Shown: in pieces, positions 1-12,519 of the stretch | Numbering within the stretch: the first letter of the stretch is position 1 | Layout of the letters: each line of letters opens with the position of its first letter | NCBI GenBank assembly: GCA_037200085.1 | Contig: JBBCHT010000007.1 | Coordinates: 118 to 64,117, forward strand | Length of the DNA stretch: 64,000 nucleotides | Direction of reading: 5' to 3' | From: Actinomycetota bacterium | GTDB lineage: Bacteria; Actinomycetota; Actinomycetes; Nanopelagicales; Nanopelagicaceae | Notes under the pieces: model-generated | The model's input: the letters and a program-made list of their open reading frames with translations, nothing else | The model's database searches: none | What the model was told of the DNA's origin: nothing | Made by a program: the position numbers and the translations under genes

Positions 1-1840
1 GCTCGCTTGGTCCCCTCAGTCATTCTCGGACCACTCGCCGGTGTCATCGCAGATCGCTTCGATCGACGAAACCTCATGGTCGTCACCGATCTCATGCGTT
101 GCGCTCTCTACATTTCTATTCCGATCGTTCGTAATTATTTTTGGCTCTACGCAGCAATAATTTTGGTCGAATGCGTAACGCTTTTCTGGTCGCCAGCAAA
201 AGAGGCGAGCGTTCCTAATTTAGTTCCTAAAGAGAAGTTAGAAGGCGCCAATCAAGTTTCACTCCTCGCCGCTTATGGAACTGCTCCCATTGCGGCAGTC
301 GTCTTCTCACTTCTTGCATTGGTGAGCGGAGCTCTAGCGAGCACCTTTCCATTTCTTGAAGATAACTCCTCTGATTTGGCGCTCTACATCAATGCGGCAA
401 GTTTTGCCTTTGGCGCTTGGACCGTCTGGGGGCTTCATGAAATTCCTAAAGGTCCGGCGGCCAAAGCCGATGGCGATGCTGGAGTAGCTAAATCACTCCT
501 TGAAGGTTGGCGATTTGTTCGCTCATCGAAAATTATTAGCGGTCTTATTGTTGGAATGGTTGGCGCCTTCATTGCGGCGGGAGCGGTCATCGGATTGGCC
601 CGAACCTTTGTTGGAGATCTTGGCGGTGGCGATGCTGCTTATGGTGTTCTCTTCGGTGCAGTTTTTTCAGGACTAGCTGCTGGAATCGCTTTTGGTCCAA
701 AGGTATTTTCACAATTTTCACGCCGTCGTCTCTTCGGTGCATCGTTAGCAATTGCCGGTGGTTTTCCTCATTCTCCTCGCAGCAATTCCAAACTTAGTTC
801 TTGCAGTTTTTATCGTTGTTCTTCTCGGAGCTTTTTCTGGAATTTGTTGGGTTACTGGTTTCACGATGTTGGGTATGGAAGTTCAAAATGAAGTGCGGGG
901 GCGAACATTTGCCTTCGTACAATCCTTAATTCGCGTGACATTAGTAGGTGTTTTAGCTGTTTCTCCGCTTATTGCCGCGGCAGTCGGACGACATGATTTC
1001 GATTTTAAAAAGGCGCACATCAGTTATAACGGTGCATCAATCACAATTTTGATCGCTGGCGCGGTGGCTCTAATTATTGGCATCGTTTCTTACAAGCAAA
1101 TGAAAGATCGACCAAAAATTTCTTTGTGGAGTGATATCGCAAGTGCGCTGCGAGGCGAACTCGGATCTATTACAGGTGCAACTACTAAAGGGTTATTTAT
1201 TGCTTTTGAAGGCGGAGAAGGTTCTGGCAAATCAACGCAGACCAAATTGCTTAAAGATTGGCTTGAAGAAGAGGGACATTCAGTTGTTCTGAGTCGCGAA
1301 CCAGGTGGCACTCCACTTGGAAAAGATCTGCGAAAGATCCTGCTTGGACATGAAACTGGTGATATCTCTCCTCGGGCCGAGGCGCTCCTTTATGCAGCCG
1401 ATCGCGCCAACCATGTTTACGCTGTCATTCGCCCCGCGTTAGAAGCCGGCGACATTGTGATTACTGATCGCTACTTCGATTCCTCGATTGCCTACCAAGG
1501 TGCAGGACGAGTACTTGAACCGGGAGAAGTTGCGCGTATTTCACGTTGGGCAACTGAGTCTCTCTTTCCAACCCTAACCATTATTTTGGATGTATCGGCA
1601 GAGATTGGATTGAGTCGATTGAAAAAGAAAGATCGACTTGAATCCGAGCCTTTGGCATTCCACGAAAGAATCAGGCAAGAGTTTTTACAGATCGCACTTT
1701 TAGATCCAGAGCGCTATTTAGTTCTTGATGGACATATGAGCATTGAAGATATTCACAAAGCCATCATTGTTCGAGTTGCCGAATTGCCCGCGGTTAAGCA
1801 AATTGGAGAAGAAGCCAAGACGATTAACATCTGGGCTTAA
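1..1840 (+). CDS. tmk: MFS-type membrane domain fused to dTMP (thymidylate) kinase; 5'-partial; one frameshift near 750-770
   Basis: ORFs 7-891 and 752-1840 join into one protein. The N-terminal part is multi-TM (GPLAGVIADRFDRR). The C-terminal part is dTMP kinase with P-loop FEGGEGSGKST and DRYFDSSIAYQG. The reading frame is open to the window edge. Confidence 0.8.
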
Positions 1841-1867
1841 GCGCAAGACGAAGGCGCAGTAATCTCT

Positions 1868-3017
1868 ATGTCCGTCTTTCAGGATCTGGTCGGACAAACT
1901 CAGGTAGTTCTTGCCCTAGAAGATGCGGTTCGCGCATCTCGAAGTGGTGAAGAGAGTCAAGAGATGACGCATGCCTGGCTCTTCACTGGCCCTCCAGGAA
2001 GTGGCAGATCTAGCGCCCGCAATTGCATTTGCTGCCGCCTTAGTTTGTCCTGAAGGTGGATGCGGAACTGCATTGATTGTCGAAGTGCAAAAGCGGGCGG
2101 ACATGCAGATGTTGAAATAATTAAGACTGAAGGACTTTCAATAAAGATTGATGAAGTTCGCGAATTAATGCAACGAATTTCATGGGCGCCGAGTGTTGGT
2201 GGTTGGCGAGTTGTAGTGATGGAAGATGCTGACAGGCTTACAGAATCCGCGGCGAATGCGTTACTAAAAGCGATTGAAGAACCTGGTGCGAGAACTGTTT
2301 GGTTGCTCTGTGCACCAACACTTTCAGATGTACTCCCAACGATTCGCTCGCGCACACGTCACTTGCAATTACGTACGCCATCGAATGAAGAGGTTGCACA
2401 AGTCTTGATCGATCGCGATGACATTCCCCGGGGATGGCTGAATTTGCTGCGCGAGTTAGTCAAGGTCATATTGGTCGCGCTCGCTAATTGGCTAAAGATG
2501 AGGCAATTCGTTCACGACGAAACACAATTATGAACTTGCCATTTAGCATCACAAATATCGCTTCCGCATTTAGCGCGGCAGCGACCCTTGTTTCTCTTGC
2601 AACTGAAGAGGCGCAAGCACAATCTTCGGATCGAAGTGAGAAGGAAACCCGTGAACTCGCTTTGGCGTGGGGAGAAGGTGCAACTGGGCGAGGGATGGCA
2701 TCGGGTGGTTCCAAAGCGCTTAAGGAGTTGGAGAAAGATCAAAAATCTCGAGCCACGCGCATGGTCCGCGATTCTCTCGATGGAGCTCTGCTCGATCTAG
2801 CCACCCTGTATCGAGATGTGCTGATGGTTCAATCTGTTTAGAAGAGAGCCTTATCAATAGTGAACTTCGGGAGAGAGTCATTACGCTGGCAAATAAGTAT
2901 CGTCCCGAAAAAGTTCTTTCCAAGATTGAAGCGATCATGCAGGCCAGAACTAATCTCTCTTTCAATGCGGCGCCATTACTCACCATTGAAGCCTTGATGT
3001 GTTCGCTTAACGAATGA
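1868..3017 (+). CDS. holB: DNA polymerase III delta' subunit (clamp loader); several frameshifts
   Basis: Built from ORFs 1868-2053, 2060-2533, 2488-2841 plus an unlisted tail to TGA 3015-3017. Motifs: FTGPPGSGRS, NCIDCRSAKAGGHADV, EDADRLTESAANALLKAIEEP, SRTRHLQL. Lies directly after tmk. Confidence 0.8.
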
Positions 3018-4519
3018 GAGCGTTGATGAAGAGAGCGCTTTCAATTTTATGTATGGGAATTTTGGCTCTCGTGACTTTGGCATCCCCAGCACAAGCTGCT
3101 GAAAAAATGACGCCAATAAAGGCTTACGAAAGTCAGAACCTAGTGTGGAAAAAATGTTACGGACAATTTCAATGTTCACATTTCATGGTTCCTATTGATT
3201 ATTCAAATCTAAGTAAAGGCAAATTCGTTCTTCAGCTACTAAAACTCAGCGCTAAGAATCAGAGTAAGAAATTGGGCTCTCTCGTAATAAATCCTGGAGG
3301 ACCAGGAGCATCCGGAATTGATTACGCATTTAACGCTCAATATGTTTTCAATCCTGAAATTCTCAAGAGTTACGACATTGTAGGTTTTGACCCTCGGGGT
3401 GTCGGACGAAGTCAACCGATACGTTGCCTTACTAACAAAGAGACCGATGAAAGTTATGCTTCAAATAGTCGACCAACGACGAAAAACCAGTTAACAACGC
3501 TGATTAATCAGCTTCGCAGTTACGTTAAGAAGTGCACAACTCGAAATGCGCACATTCTTGATTACAGCACCTCAAACTCCGCTCGAGATATGGATCTACT
3601 GCGATCTGCGCTCGGCGAAAAGAATTGAACTTTATGGGTGTGAGTTATGGAACTTACTTAGGAACTTTATATGCACAATATTTTCCAGAGAATGTTGGAC
3701 GAATTGTTTTGGATGGCGCTATTGATCCCAATGCAACTGGTACAGAACAAAATCTCACACAAGCCATTGGTTTTGATACTGCGCTAAAAGCTTTTGTTGA
3801 TGATTGCTTTTTAAAGAGTGATTGCCCACTTCAAAAACCTCGCAGCAAGGCGCTCTCTCAAATCATTTCTCTCTTTCAAGGTGCAGCAACAAAGCCTCTT
3901 CGCGGATATCCCAATCGACCAGCGACAGAATCTCTCCTTGTATTAGGAACTGCATCGGCTCTCTATGACAGCGCGACAGGATGGCCGCAATTGCGCGATG
4001 CAATTCGAGAAGGCGCTCTCAGGAACAGGCAAACGATTTCTCGATTTGTCTGATGACTACACTCAGCGAGATCTCGATGGGACGTATGCAAATAACGAAA
4101 CTGATGCCTCATTTGTTATTGACTGCCTTGATTGGCAAGGTGCAAAATCGACTACTGAAATAAGTAGTAGCTCTAAGTTATTTGCGAAGGAGGCTCCGGT
4201 CTTTGGGCCGTACCTCGCTTACGCCGGATTGTCCTGTCAATTTTTTCCTGCATTGTCAACAATTCGCCAACCAATAAAATTAATTAAGACAACACCGATC
4301 GTAATTATTGGTACGACCCGTGACCCTGCAACGCCTTATGTGTGGGCTCAAGCGCTGCATAAAGCTATTGCCAACTCGAGTCTCATTTCCCTCAATGGAG
4401 ATGGGCACACGGGCTATGGACACGGTTCTACCTGCGTGGATTCGGCAGTTGACGCATATTTCTTATACGGAAAAGTTCCCAAGAAGGAACTTCTCTGTAC
4501 GACTAGTTTTAACGAATAG
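3014..4519 (+). CDS. Secreted alpha/beta hydrolase (tripeptidyl-aminopeptidase-like); two frameshifts
   Basis: Built from ORFs 3014-3628, 3625-4053, 3965-4519. Signal peptide ...ILALVTLASPAQA; INPGGPGASG; nucleophile elbow GVSYG; C-terminal RDPATPY...GDGHTGYG. Confidence 0.7.
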
Positions 4520-4594
4520 TTACAGTAAACCGCGCGAATTTGCTTTGCAATCGGTGGTAAATAGCACCCCTATTCATAGGGCAAGATATTGCTC

Positions 4595-5240
4595 ATGCGT
4601 CTAGACCATGTTTCTTATGTCACCACACACGAACAACTTGCAGACACCGTTCAACGATTAGGTTCAAGACTTGAATCTACTTTCGTTGATGGAGGAGTGC
4701 ATCCGAGATTCGGTACTCGCAATTTCACGCTTCCATTGCAAGGTGGTCACTACTTAGAAGTTGTTTGTCCTCTGGATCATCCAGCTAGTGATTCCTCACC
4801 ATTGGAAAAGCTGTTTCACAACGCGCACAAGCAGGTGGCGGTTGGTTAACGTGGGTTGTCTCAGTCGATGATGTTTCAAAGATCGAAACTCGATTGGGTC
4901 GCTCATCTGTTGATGGACATCGCACTCGACCGGATGGATCAGATTTGCGATGGAAACAAATTGGAGTTCTAGGAACTCTTGAAGATGCACAACTTCCCTT
5001 TTTCGTTCAGTGGCTTTCACAAGATCACCCATCAGCGGATGGAAAACCTGTTGCCAAGATCGTAAAAGTTGAAATTGCCGGAAGCGAAGAGACTATTGAG
5101 TCATGGCTTGGATCTGATTTGGCGAATGCAATCGGTGGCGTTGTGAAGTGCAATGGCTTTCTCCAGAACAAAATGATGGCGAAAGCGGAATTGTTGCGGT
5201 GCATTAGAAACGCCTCACGGGGGTAATTCGTTTAGATTAA
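4595..5240 (+). CDS. VOC/glyoxalase-like domain protein; frameshifted
   Basis: ORFs 4589-4849 and 4894-5226. N-terminus MRLDHVSYV...HPRFGTRNFTLPL. The tail, reconstructed in a third frame, ends at TAA 5238-5240. Confidence 0.5.
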
Positions 5241-5251
5241 TGTGACTTGTT

Positions 5252-6015
5252 GTGAAACCAAAAAAGCTTGCCGCTCCTAAAATTCAAAGCGCAGAAAACG
5301 TTGAATATTCTGGACATCAAGAGTTGCAAGCAACTGAGATGGGGACTGATTGGTTACAGCACCGACATCGTTCTTTCACTAGCCAAGAAAATGAAGTTGA
5401 ATCAACAGAATTCCAAAGATGCGCGCGTTTTGGAATTTGGTGCTGGAAGCGGTTTTTTAGCCAATATTTGGCGTGAAAAATTGGGAATTACTCCAGATTG
5501 TTGCGAGATAGATCCTCAATTAATTGAAGCAATTCAAGCTCGTGGACTCACATGTTTTACTTCACTTTCCGCGCTGCCAAAAAAGTATGAAGGCATATAC
5601 ACATCCAATGTTCTTGAACATATTGAAAGTGACGTCGAAGTTCTGAAGGAGCTCTACTCTGCCCTTGAAGTTAATGGAGTAATTGGTATCTACGTTCCTG
5701 CTTTTCCAGCGCTCTTCTCTGGGATGGATGTCGCCGTGGGCCATGTACGTCGTTATCGTCGACGTGAATTGGTCTCGAAAGTGAGAGCCGCTGGCTTTTG
5801 AAGTCGAGTCTTGCCATTACGCAGATTTCATCGGGTTTTTCGCTTCTGTTGCTCTCAAAGTCTTGGGCTTTAAGAAGCGCGCAAACCTAGGTTCGACAAA
5901 GAGTTTGAAGTTTTACGATTCTTGGATTTATCCGCTCTCACGCACGCTAGATAGAGTGGGATTTAAGTATGTAGTGGGCAAGAACCTGATTCTTGTCGCT
6001 CGCAAAACTCGGTAA
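5252..6015 (+). CDS. Class I SAM-dependent methyltransferase; frameshifted
   Basis: ORFs 5252-5476 and 5268-5801 plus a tail to TAA 6013-6015. SAM motif I VLEFGAGSGFLA; later NVLEHIESD. Confidence 0.65.
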
Positions 6016-6056
6016 AAAGAAGCACGGTGCTATATTTTCGACCGTGATGCGAGGAT

Positions 6057-7001
6057 GTGGCGATAGTGGGAAGTAAAGTCTTTGTCATCATTCCCTGTCT
6101 CAATGAAGCAGAATCCATACGACCCACGATTCAAGAGATTCGCTCTGTTCTTCCCGAGGCGTTCATCGCTGTTGTCGACAACGGGAGCACCGACAAGACA
6201 GTTGAAGTGGCAAAGAGTGAAGGTGTCACCGTTTGGCGCGAACCTCTCAAGGGCAAAGGATTCGCTGTTCGCCATGGATTCATGCGCATTCCAGATGAGT
6301 GCGATCTCGTTTTCATTACTGATGGAGATGGACACTCACGCGATTGCCCCAGTTCTTGATGCAATAAAACTTGTTCGTGAATATGGCTACGACATGGTCG
6401 TTGGTAAGCGTGAACCCGTGAAGGGCGATGGAACGCGAGCTGAAACATTCCGATTTGGACACAATCTGGGAAACACTTTGCTTACCAAGACTTTTCGATT
6501 GCTCTTCCCGGTCCCGATAAATGATTCACTTTCGGATGGAGAGTGATGTCTCGTGGATTTGTTAAATCCTTTGCAGGTGGAGCATCAGGTTTTGAAATTG
6601 AGGCAGAGCTCAATGCTCATTCCTACTTACTCAAATGTCCTGTTGCCGAAGTTGTCGTTCCATATCGCGGTCGAGGCGAAGAATCATTTTCTAAATTGAG
6701 AACCTACCGTGATGGATTTCGCATCCTGCGGAAAAATCTCAAACTCTTTCGTTCAGAGCGACCGAGTTTGGCTTTCAATATCACCGCCGCGCCATGGGCA
6801 ATCCTTAGCGTTATTCTTTTGATTCGCTCTTTGCGCGACTACTTCTCTGATGGACTCGTTCCTCACTTTCCATCGCTAGTAGTAAGTGTTGGATCATTCC
6901 TATCTGCTGCGCTCCTGTGGGTTACTGGAATGATTTTAGAGAGAGTACGAATTAATCGCGAGGCTTCCGCCAGGTATATCTACAGCACTTCATTTAGGTG
7001 A
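6057..7001 (+). CDS. GT2 glycosyltransferase with C-terminal TM segments (polyprenyl-phosphate glycosyltransferase/GtrB-like); two frameshifts
   Basis: Built from ORFs 6057-6359, part of 6082-6546, and 6543-7001. Motifs VIIPCLNEAESI, VVDNGSTDKT, ITDGDGH. Hydrophobic C-terminus. Confidence 0.7.
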
Positions 7002-8817
7002 AGAAGCGATTCGCATCTTTTCTTGATTGGAAAGATCAACCCATCGCATATGTGATTGTAGGTCTTACCTCGTTCATCTATTTCTTTTCTCTAGCTCGTC
7101 TTGATCCTGACATGCACCATGATGGAGTCCAGTTTGCTCCAGCAGTTGGTGTTGGTGATGGACTTCGAATTCATGCAGATGTTTATGAACAATATGGTCC
7201 AGTTACTGCGTGGATACAAGGCGCGACTCTTAAGGTTTTCGGATTTACGCTTTACAACTTGCGGCTAGAGACAGTCGTCGTCTTGGTTATCGCAGCACTT
7301 TTACTTACGAGAATTCTTTTTCTTCTCAAAGTGCCGCAATATGTAACGATACTTGTTCCAATAATTTGGGCTATAAGTTGTCCTGCATCTTCAATTTATC
7401 CAGGTGTTTTCGGTCTCTGGCCATGGTCATCAACCTTCTCACTCATTTTTCTCCTCGCAAATAGCGCTGTTCTGCTCCAAGCCCAGGTTCAGCGTCGACG
7501 TATGTCGTCTATAGAAATTTATTTCTGCGGTGTTATTGCGGGAGTTATTTTATTTACGAGGTTTCAAGTTGGTCTCGTAGCTGCTGTTGTAAATCTTGTG
7601 TTGATCTTCTTTGGAGTGGCAAGACATGCGAACATTAATCGTGGATCGAGAGTAAGTAAGTTCCTTGCTTCATATCTGTTGACAGTTGGTTTCTTCTTTT
7701 TCGTTCTCTGGTCGCAAGGTTCGGTCACTAATTTCATCGATCAAATTATTGTTGGTCCTTTGCATCAATATGTATTCCCTTACAGTTGGGCATTCTTCAA
7801 GGTTTATTACATATGGGCTTCTCTACCGATGGTGATCTTGCTCTTGCTTGGAGCAATCGTGTGGAGGAATTTTGCACCGGCCTATCGCGCTACAACCCTA
7901 ATAATTTTCGGCGGAATTATGTTCACGCTGATGTATATCGGAAATTGGAAAAACGGCGCAGCTCTCAATCGAATTGAACCATTCAGCGCCATTTTGGACG
8001 TTCAAGCGATTTCTCTTATGTTTACTTCAGTCTTTGTATTTCTCATACTTTCATTCTTTGGAATCTGCTATCTCTTTTCCATTGACTTCATTTACCCACT
8101 TCTCGCTAGTCCGACGCGGATGGGTAGAGCATCCAAAGACCTCATTCATTCCTTCGGTGTCAAAATTCCTAAACACCGACACTTCGTATCTCCTTTGCAG
8201 AGAGTGCGTAGAGAACGACTTGCGGAGTTGGCAACTTTGATATTTCTTGGACTTCCTTTCATTGTTCAGTTGTACCCGATTGCAGATGTCTATCACTTGT
8301 GGTGGGCTGCTCCACTCTTCATGGTTCTGATCCCATACCTTCTTGGAAATTTTGTATCGAGAAAAGGCGTTGTTGGCGATAATGGCAGTTTTTTCTCTTG
8401 CCATCACTTGTCGCATCGACTGCCATGGAAGTTCAACATTTGCGAGTGCATAGAAGTGAAATTTTTCTTGGTGCGCTCTCCGGAATGCAGATAGAAGATC
8501 AATACATTGATTCCTACAATGCGGTAAATACTATTTTGCACTCCGTTGCACCAGGGTCAGCACGTTTTGCTTGCAGGGATGGAATGATCTCCGCATGGGA
8601 TGGGAGTTACTCTTCCATTGATGCTGCTTACGTTGATTGGGCGTGGGTGGCAAAAAATCCACCAACGATACTTGCTCCAAGCAGAATATTCTTTTGTGGT
8701 ACTGCAGAGGCAGCAACTGCCTATGCCGCAGCAAATAATTTGAAAGTTGTTGGCCAAGGAGTGGGATATCGTCCTTCGTATTGGTCATACGGAGTCTTCT
8801 ACGAATTCTCCCGTTAG
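6998..8817 (+). CDS. Large polytopic membrane protein, putative GT-C-type glycosyltransferase/polymerase; one frameshift near 8400-8490
   Basis: ORFs 6998-8494 and 8398-8817. More than 10 hydrophobic segments followed by a soluble C-terminal domain. GTGA start/stop overlap with the upstream GT2. Confidence 0.45.
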
Positions 8818-8826
8818 GCTCGCTCT

Positions 8827-9771
8827 ATGAGTGAAGTGGATTCGTTGCTCATAACTGGCAGCGCGGGATTTGTTGGACAGAGCGTTTTGGATTACCTCGC
8901 TTCTATTTCGCTATCTGATCGTCCAAGACGAATTGGACTTGTCTCACACAAACAGCAAACTTACGTGCCTGCAGAATTGGCTGAGTCAACGGAGATAGAT
9001 CACCTACGCGCAGATTTACTTGAACCATGGGAAATGAAATTCGAAGCAACCCACATACTTCATTTGGCGGCGGATGGATCCTCATCCGCCTACTCAGATA
9101 AAGCATCGCGCGATTTTGTAACCATGACAAAAAATATGTGTGAATGGGCCGCAACGCTTCAACACCCGATCGTTTTTCATGCGAGTTCTGGCGCATGTTT
9201 TGGACATGTTCCCTTGTCCGAAAATTCAAGCGTCTCTAGCGGAGAAGGGTTGAGCGCCAAAAAGAAAGTATTTATAGAGAATCGATTGGCAGCTGAATCA
9301 GTGGTGAACTCTTACCATCAACAAGGAGTTATTGATCTTCGAGTTGGACGTCTTTACTCTTTTATTGGTTCACATCTGCGCGAAAAACCACATTATGCAG
9401 TTCCTCATTTTGTTCAGATGGCGCTTCACAATAGAAAGATAGAAATTTCTGGTAATCCTCGAACTACGAGAAGCTATTTATCGGCCGAGGATATGTCCGA
9501 TTGGATTTATCGAGCGTTGAACCCGAAGGTATCCTCAGAAATTCTTTCCATTGGAAGTGAAGTTCCGGTCACGTTGGGTGAAGTTGCGACTTTTGTGGCC
9601 GATAAGACGAATTCTGAGATTATTTACTTGGATCCACTCCGTGAGGGAGACTATTACGTGGCTTCAAATGGCTTAACCCGAGATCGTTTGGGAGTCGAAG
9701 AGAGAACATCGTGGCAAACTTCGTTGGAGAGTTATATCGAAACCTGTCGTGGAATGGATACGAATGAATAG
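8827..9771 (+). CDS. NAD-dependent epimerase/dehydratase-family SDR (possible YerF-like ketoreductase)
   Basis: Intact 314-aa ORF. Rossmann motif ITGSAGFVGQSV. Overlaps the start of the downstream ThDP enzyme. Confidence 0.7.
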   Translation: MSEVDSLLITGSAGFVGQSVLDYLASISLSDRPRRIGLVSHKQQTYVPAELAESTEIDHLRADLLEPWEMKFEATHILHLAADGSSSAYSDKASRDFVTMTKNMCEWAATLQHPIVFHASSGACFGHVPLSENSSVSSGEGLSAKKKVFIENRLAAESVVNSYHQQGVIDLRVGRLYSFIGSHLREKPHYAVPHFVQMALHNRKIEISGNPRTTRSYLSAEDMSDWIYRALNPKVSSEILSIGSEVPVTLGEVATFVADKTNSEIIYLDPLREGDYYVASNGLTRDRLGVEERTSWQTSLESYIETCRGMDTNE

Positions 9772-11639
9772 TGAAGTAGATGTAAAGAAGACAGGTGCCG
9801 ATTATTTGGTTCGCGAATTAATTGAACAAGGCGTTGATTTGATTTTCTGTATTACGGGTGCAGGCAATTTAGCGATTGTTGATGCGATTGTTCGAGAAGG
9901 TTCGATCCGACTTGTCTATTCCCATCATGAGCAAGCAGCTGTCATGGAGGCGCAAGGGTATTCGCGTGTCTCTGGAAAAGTCGGAGTAGCTTTAGTCACG
10001 ACTGGTGGAGGGGGCCGCCAATACTCTTACAGGAATTCTTAGCGCCTATCTCGATTCGATTCCAGTCTTGGTCATATCTGGAAACGAAAGTTCTTTTCAC
10101 TGTCAGAATTACTCGGAACTGCGGGCTTATGGCGTTCAAGGTTTTGACTCTGTAACAGTTTTAGATCGTGTAACTAAAAAGTCGCTAAGAGTTTTAGACG
10201 CGGCAAATGTTCTTCAGGATTTCTCTGCTGTTTGGAATGAGGCAAAGAGTGATCGAAAAGGACCAGTATTGCTTGATTTTCCGATGGATCTTCAACGCAA
10301 ATTACTCACGGCTTCTGAAGTACATGATGCTCCTTCGACGCTAGGTTCATCAAATGCCAATGAAATTTCAGAAGCGCTAGGAAGCGAGATCGAATCCCTC
10401 TCTGCTGCTTTGGAGGTCGCTGAACGACCACTTCTTTACATTGGGAACGGATGTCGAAATCCAGAAACTTTGGCTCTCGTCTCACATCTCATCGAGACTC
10501 TCGGAGCTCCATTTTGTCTCTCGTGGTCGGCTATTGATCTCTTCCCTTCAGATCATCCACAAAATGTCGGTCGTATCGGAATTTATGGGGATCGAGCTTC
10601 AAATATTGTCTTGCAGAAGGCCGATCTAGTTCTCTGTATTGGAACGCGGTTGGCGATTCCTCAAATCGGATATGACAAAGCAGACTTTGGTCGTCACGCC
10701 ACCAAATGGGTCGTAGAAATCGATCCGACTGAGTGTTCTAAGTTTGCTGAAACAGATTGGCATCTTCTCAATCTTGATGCAAAGACTTTTCTCCAGGCAA
10801 TTAAAGATAGAGAGTTTGCAAATAGTCGTGAACGAGTAACGTCGTGGCGCAAAGAGATTGTGACAATTTGGGAAGAACTTCCTCGCATCAATCAAGTGGG
10901 AACTTTGAGTTGGCCAGATCATCGCGCAGTTCACTCGGCGCAAGTTATGGAGTATCTCAACACGTCCCTTGATGAGGATGCCGTCATTTGTACCGACGTT
11001 GGAGCTGGACTTCTCACAGGGCATTACATGTTGGAGCCGCGAAAAGGACAACGGTTATTTACTTCTCAAGGCCTTGGTGAAATGGGATTCGGTCTGCCAG
11101 GGGCCATTGGTGCTCATTTTGGTGCGCCAAAGAGACAGTTGGTTTGTCTTGATACTGATGGTGGCATCATGTTCAATCTTCAAGAATTGCAACTCGTGTC
11201 GCAACACTCCATCAATATGAAACTTTTTATTTTCAATAATGATGGCTACACGATGATAAAGATTTCGCAGGAGAATCTCTTTGGTGCACGGTTAGCTGGG
11301 TCGGGAATTGAGTCCGGTGTTTCATTTCCGAATTTCCAGAAGATCGCAGAGACATTCAATTTGAAGTATGTACGAATCGATTCTGTTGAGGATTTTCAAA
11401 CGAAATTACTTCCCGTACTTCACGATAGTTCGGGAACGCTTATTGAAATCGTCATGTCTCCGAACCAAAAATATTTGCCGCGACTCGCCACAACGAAATT
11501 GGAAGATGGAACGTTGGTTTCACCTCCACTCGAAGATATCGATCCATTACTTTCGATTGAGGATCTTGAGAGATATCTGGGCTATCCAGCCCACCCAAAT
11601 TCATATAAGGCTCGAGGATTGAAGAATGAGTTCGCCTAA
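9764..11639 (+). CDS. Thiamine-diphosphate-dependent enzyme, acetolactate-synthase large-subunit/YerE-like; one frameshift in G5 run 10010-10014
   Basis: ORFs 9749-10042 and 10005-11639. Motifs GADYLVRELIEQGVD, HEQAAVMEAQGY, and the ThDP motif DTDGG...FNNDGY. Confidence 0.75.
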
Positions 11640-12519
11640 GATCAGAGTCGCTGTATTAGGCACTGGAAATATCGGCACTGATTTATGTGAACGACTCTTA
11701 CTTGATGATGAATTTGAAGTCGTAGCGGTCGTTGGTCGTCGAACAGATAGTCCAGGCTTACAACGTTTCGAAGGACGAATTAAGAATGTAATTTCAAATG
11801 GAATTGAAGGTTTGGGATCGATCGTTGATGACATCGACGGGGCTTTTGATGCTACCTCGGCATATAGCCATGCGGAACATTGGTCGTATATGAAAGACAA
11901 TGGAACGTGGATGATGGATTTAACGCCATCACGAATTGGAACCCCTGTTGTGCCTGAACTCCTCGATGAAGTTAGCTCCATGTCGCTGAACAATGAATTG
12001 GTGAGTAACTATTCAATGGTTACATGTGGCGGACAATCATCGGCTCCACTCATGCATGCCATGGCGAAAAATTCTCGTGGAATCAGCGAAGTTGAAGTCT
12101 CCTCAAGTATTGCCTCACTTTCGGCAGGGCCGGCAACGAGAAGAAATATCGATCAATACATTGCTTCGACGGAGGATCTTGTTCGAATTTTGACTGGTTG
12201 TTCAAGCGTTAAATCCATTCTTGTTTTAAATCCCGCTGAACCTCCCGTGATGATGCGAACCACAGTTCAAATGAGAGTTCAAAATTGCAATGTAGAGGCC
12301 GCAAAGGAAAATGCTGCCGCCATCGTGAAGCGTGTGCAGAAGTATGTTCCTGGCTATGACATTGCTGTTGAGCCATATCTAAAAGGCTCGGATTTAATTT
12401 CAGCGACTGCAAAAGTAGTTGGCGCCGGTTATTACCTGCCACCTTATGCGGGGAATCTAGACATTATTAACGCTGCCGCAGTGCAAACTGCAAGGCTCCA
12501 CGCAAGGAAATTCCAATGA
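11626..12519 (+). CDS. Acetaldehyde dehydrogenase (acetylating), DmpF/MhpF-like
   Basis: Intact 297-aa ORF. N-terminus KIRVAVLGTGNIGTDL; TCGGQSSAP (catalytic Cys context). Overlaps both neighbours. Confidence 0.7.
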   Translation: MSSPKIRVAVLGTGNIGTDLCERLLLDDEFEVVAVVGRRTDSPGLQRFEGRIKNVISNGIEGLGSIVDDIDGAFDATSAYSHAEHWSYMKDNGTWMMDLTPSRIGTPVVPELLDEVSSMSLNNELVSNYSMVTCGGQSSAPLMHAMAKNSRGISEVEVSSSIASLSAGPATRRNIDQYIASTEDLVRILTGCSSVKSILVLNPAEPPVMMRTTVQMRVQNCNVEAAKENAAAIVKRVQKYVPGYDIAVEPYLKGSDLISATAKVVGAGYYLPPYAGNLDIINAAAVQTARLHARKFQ

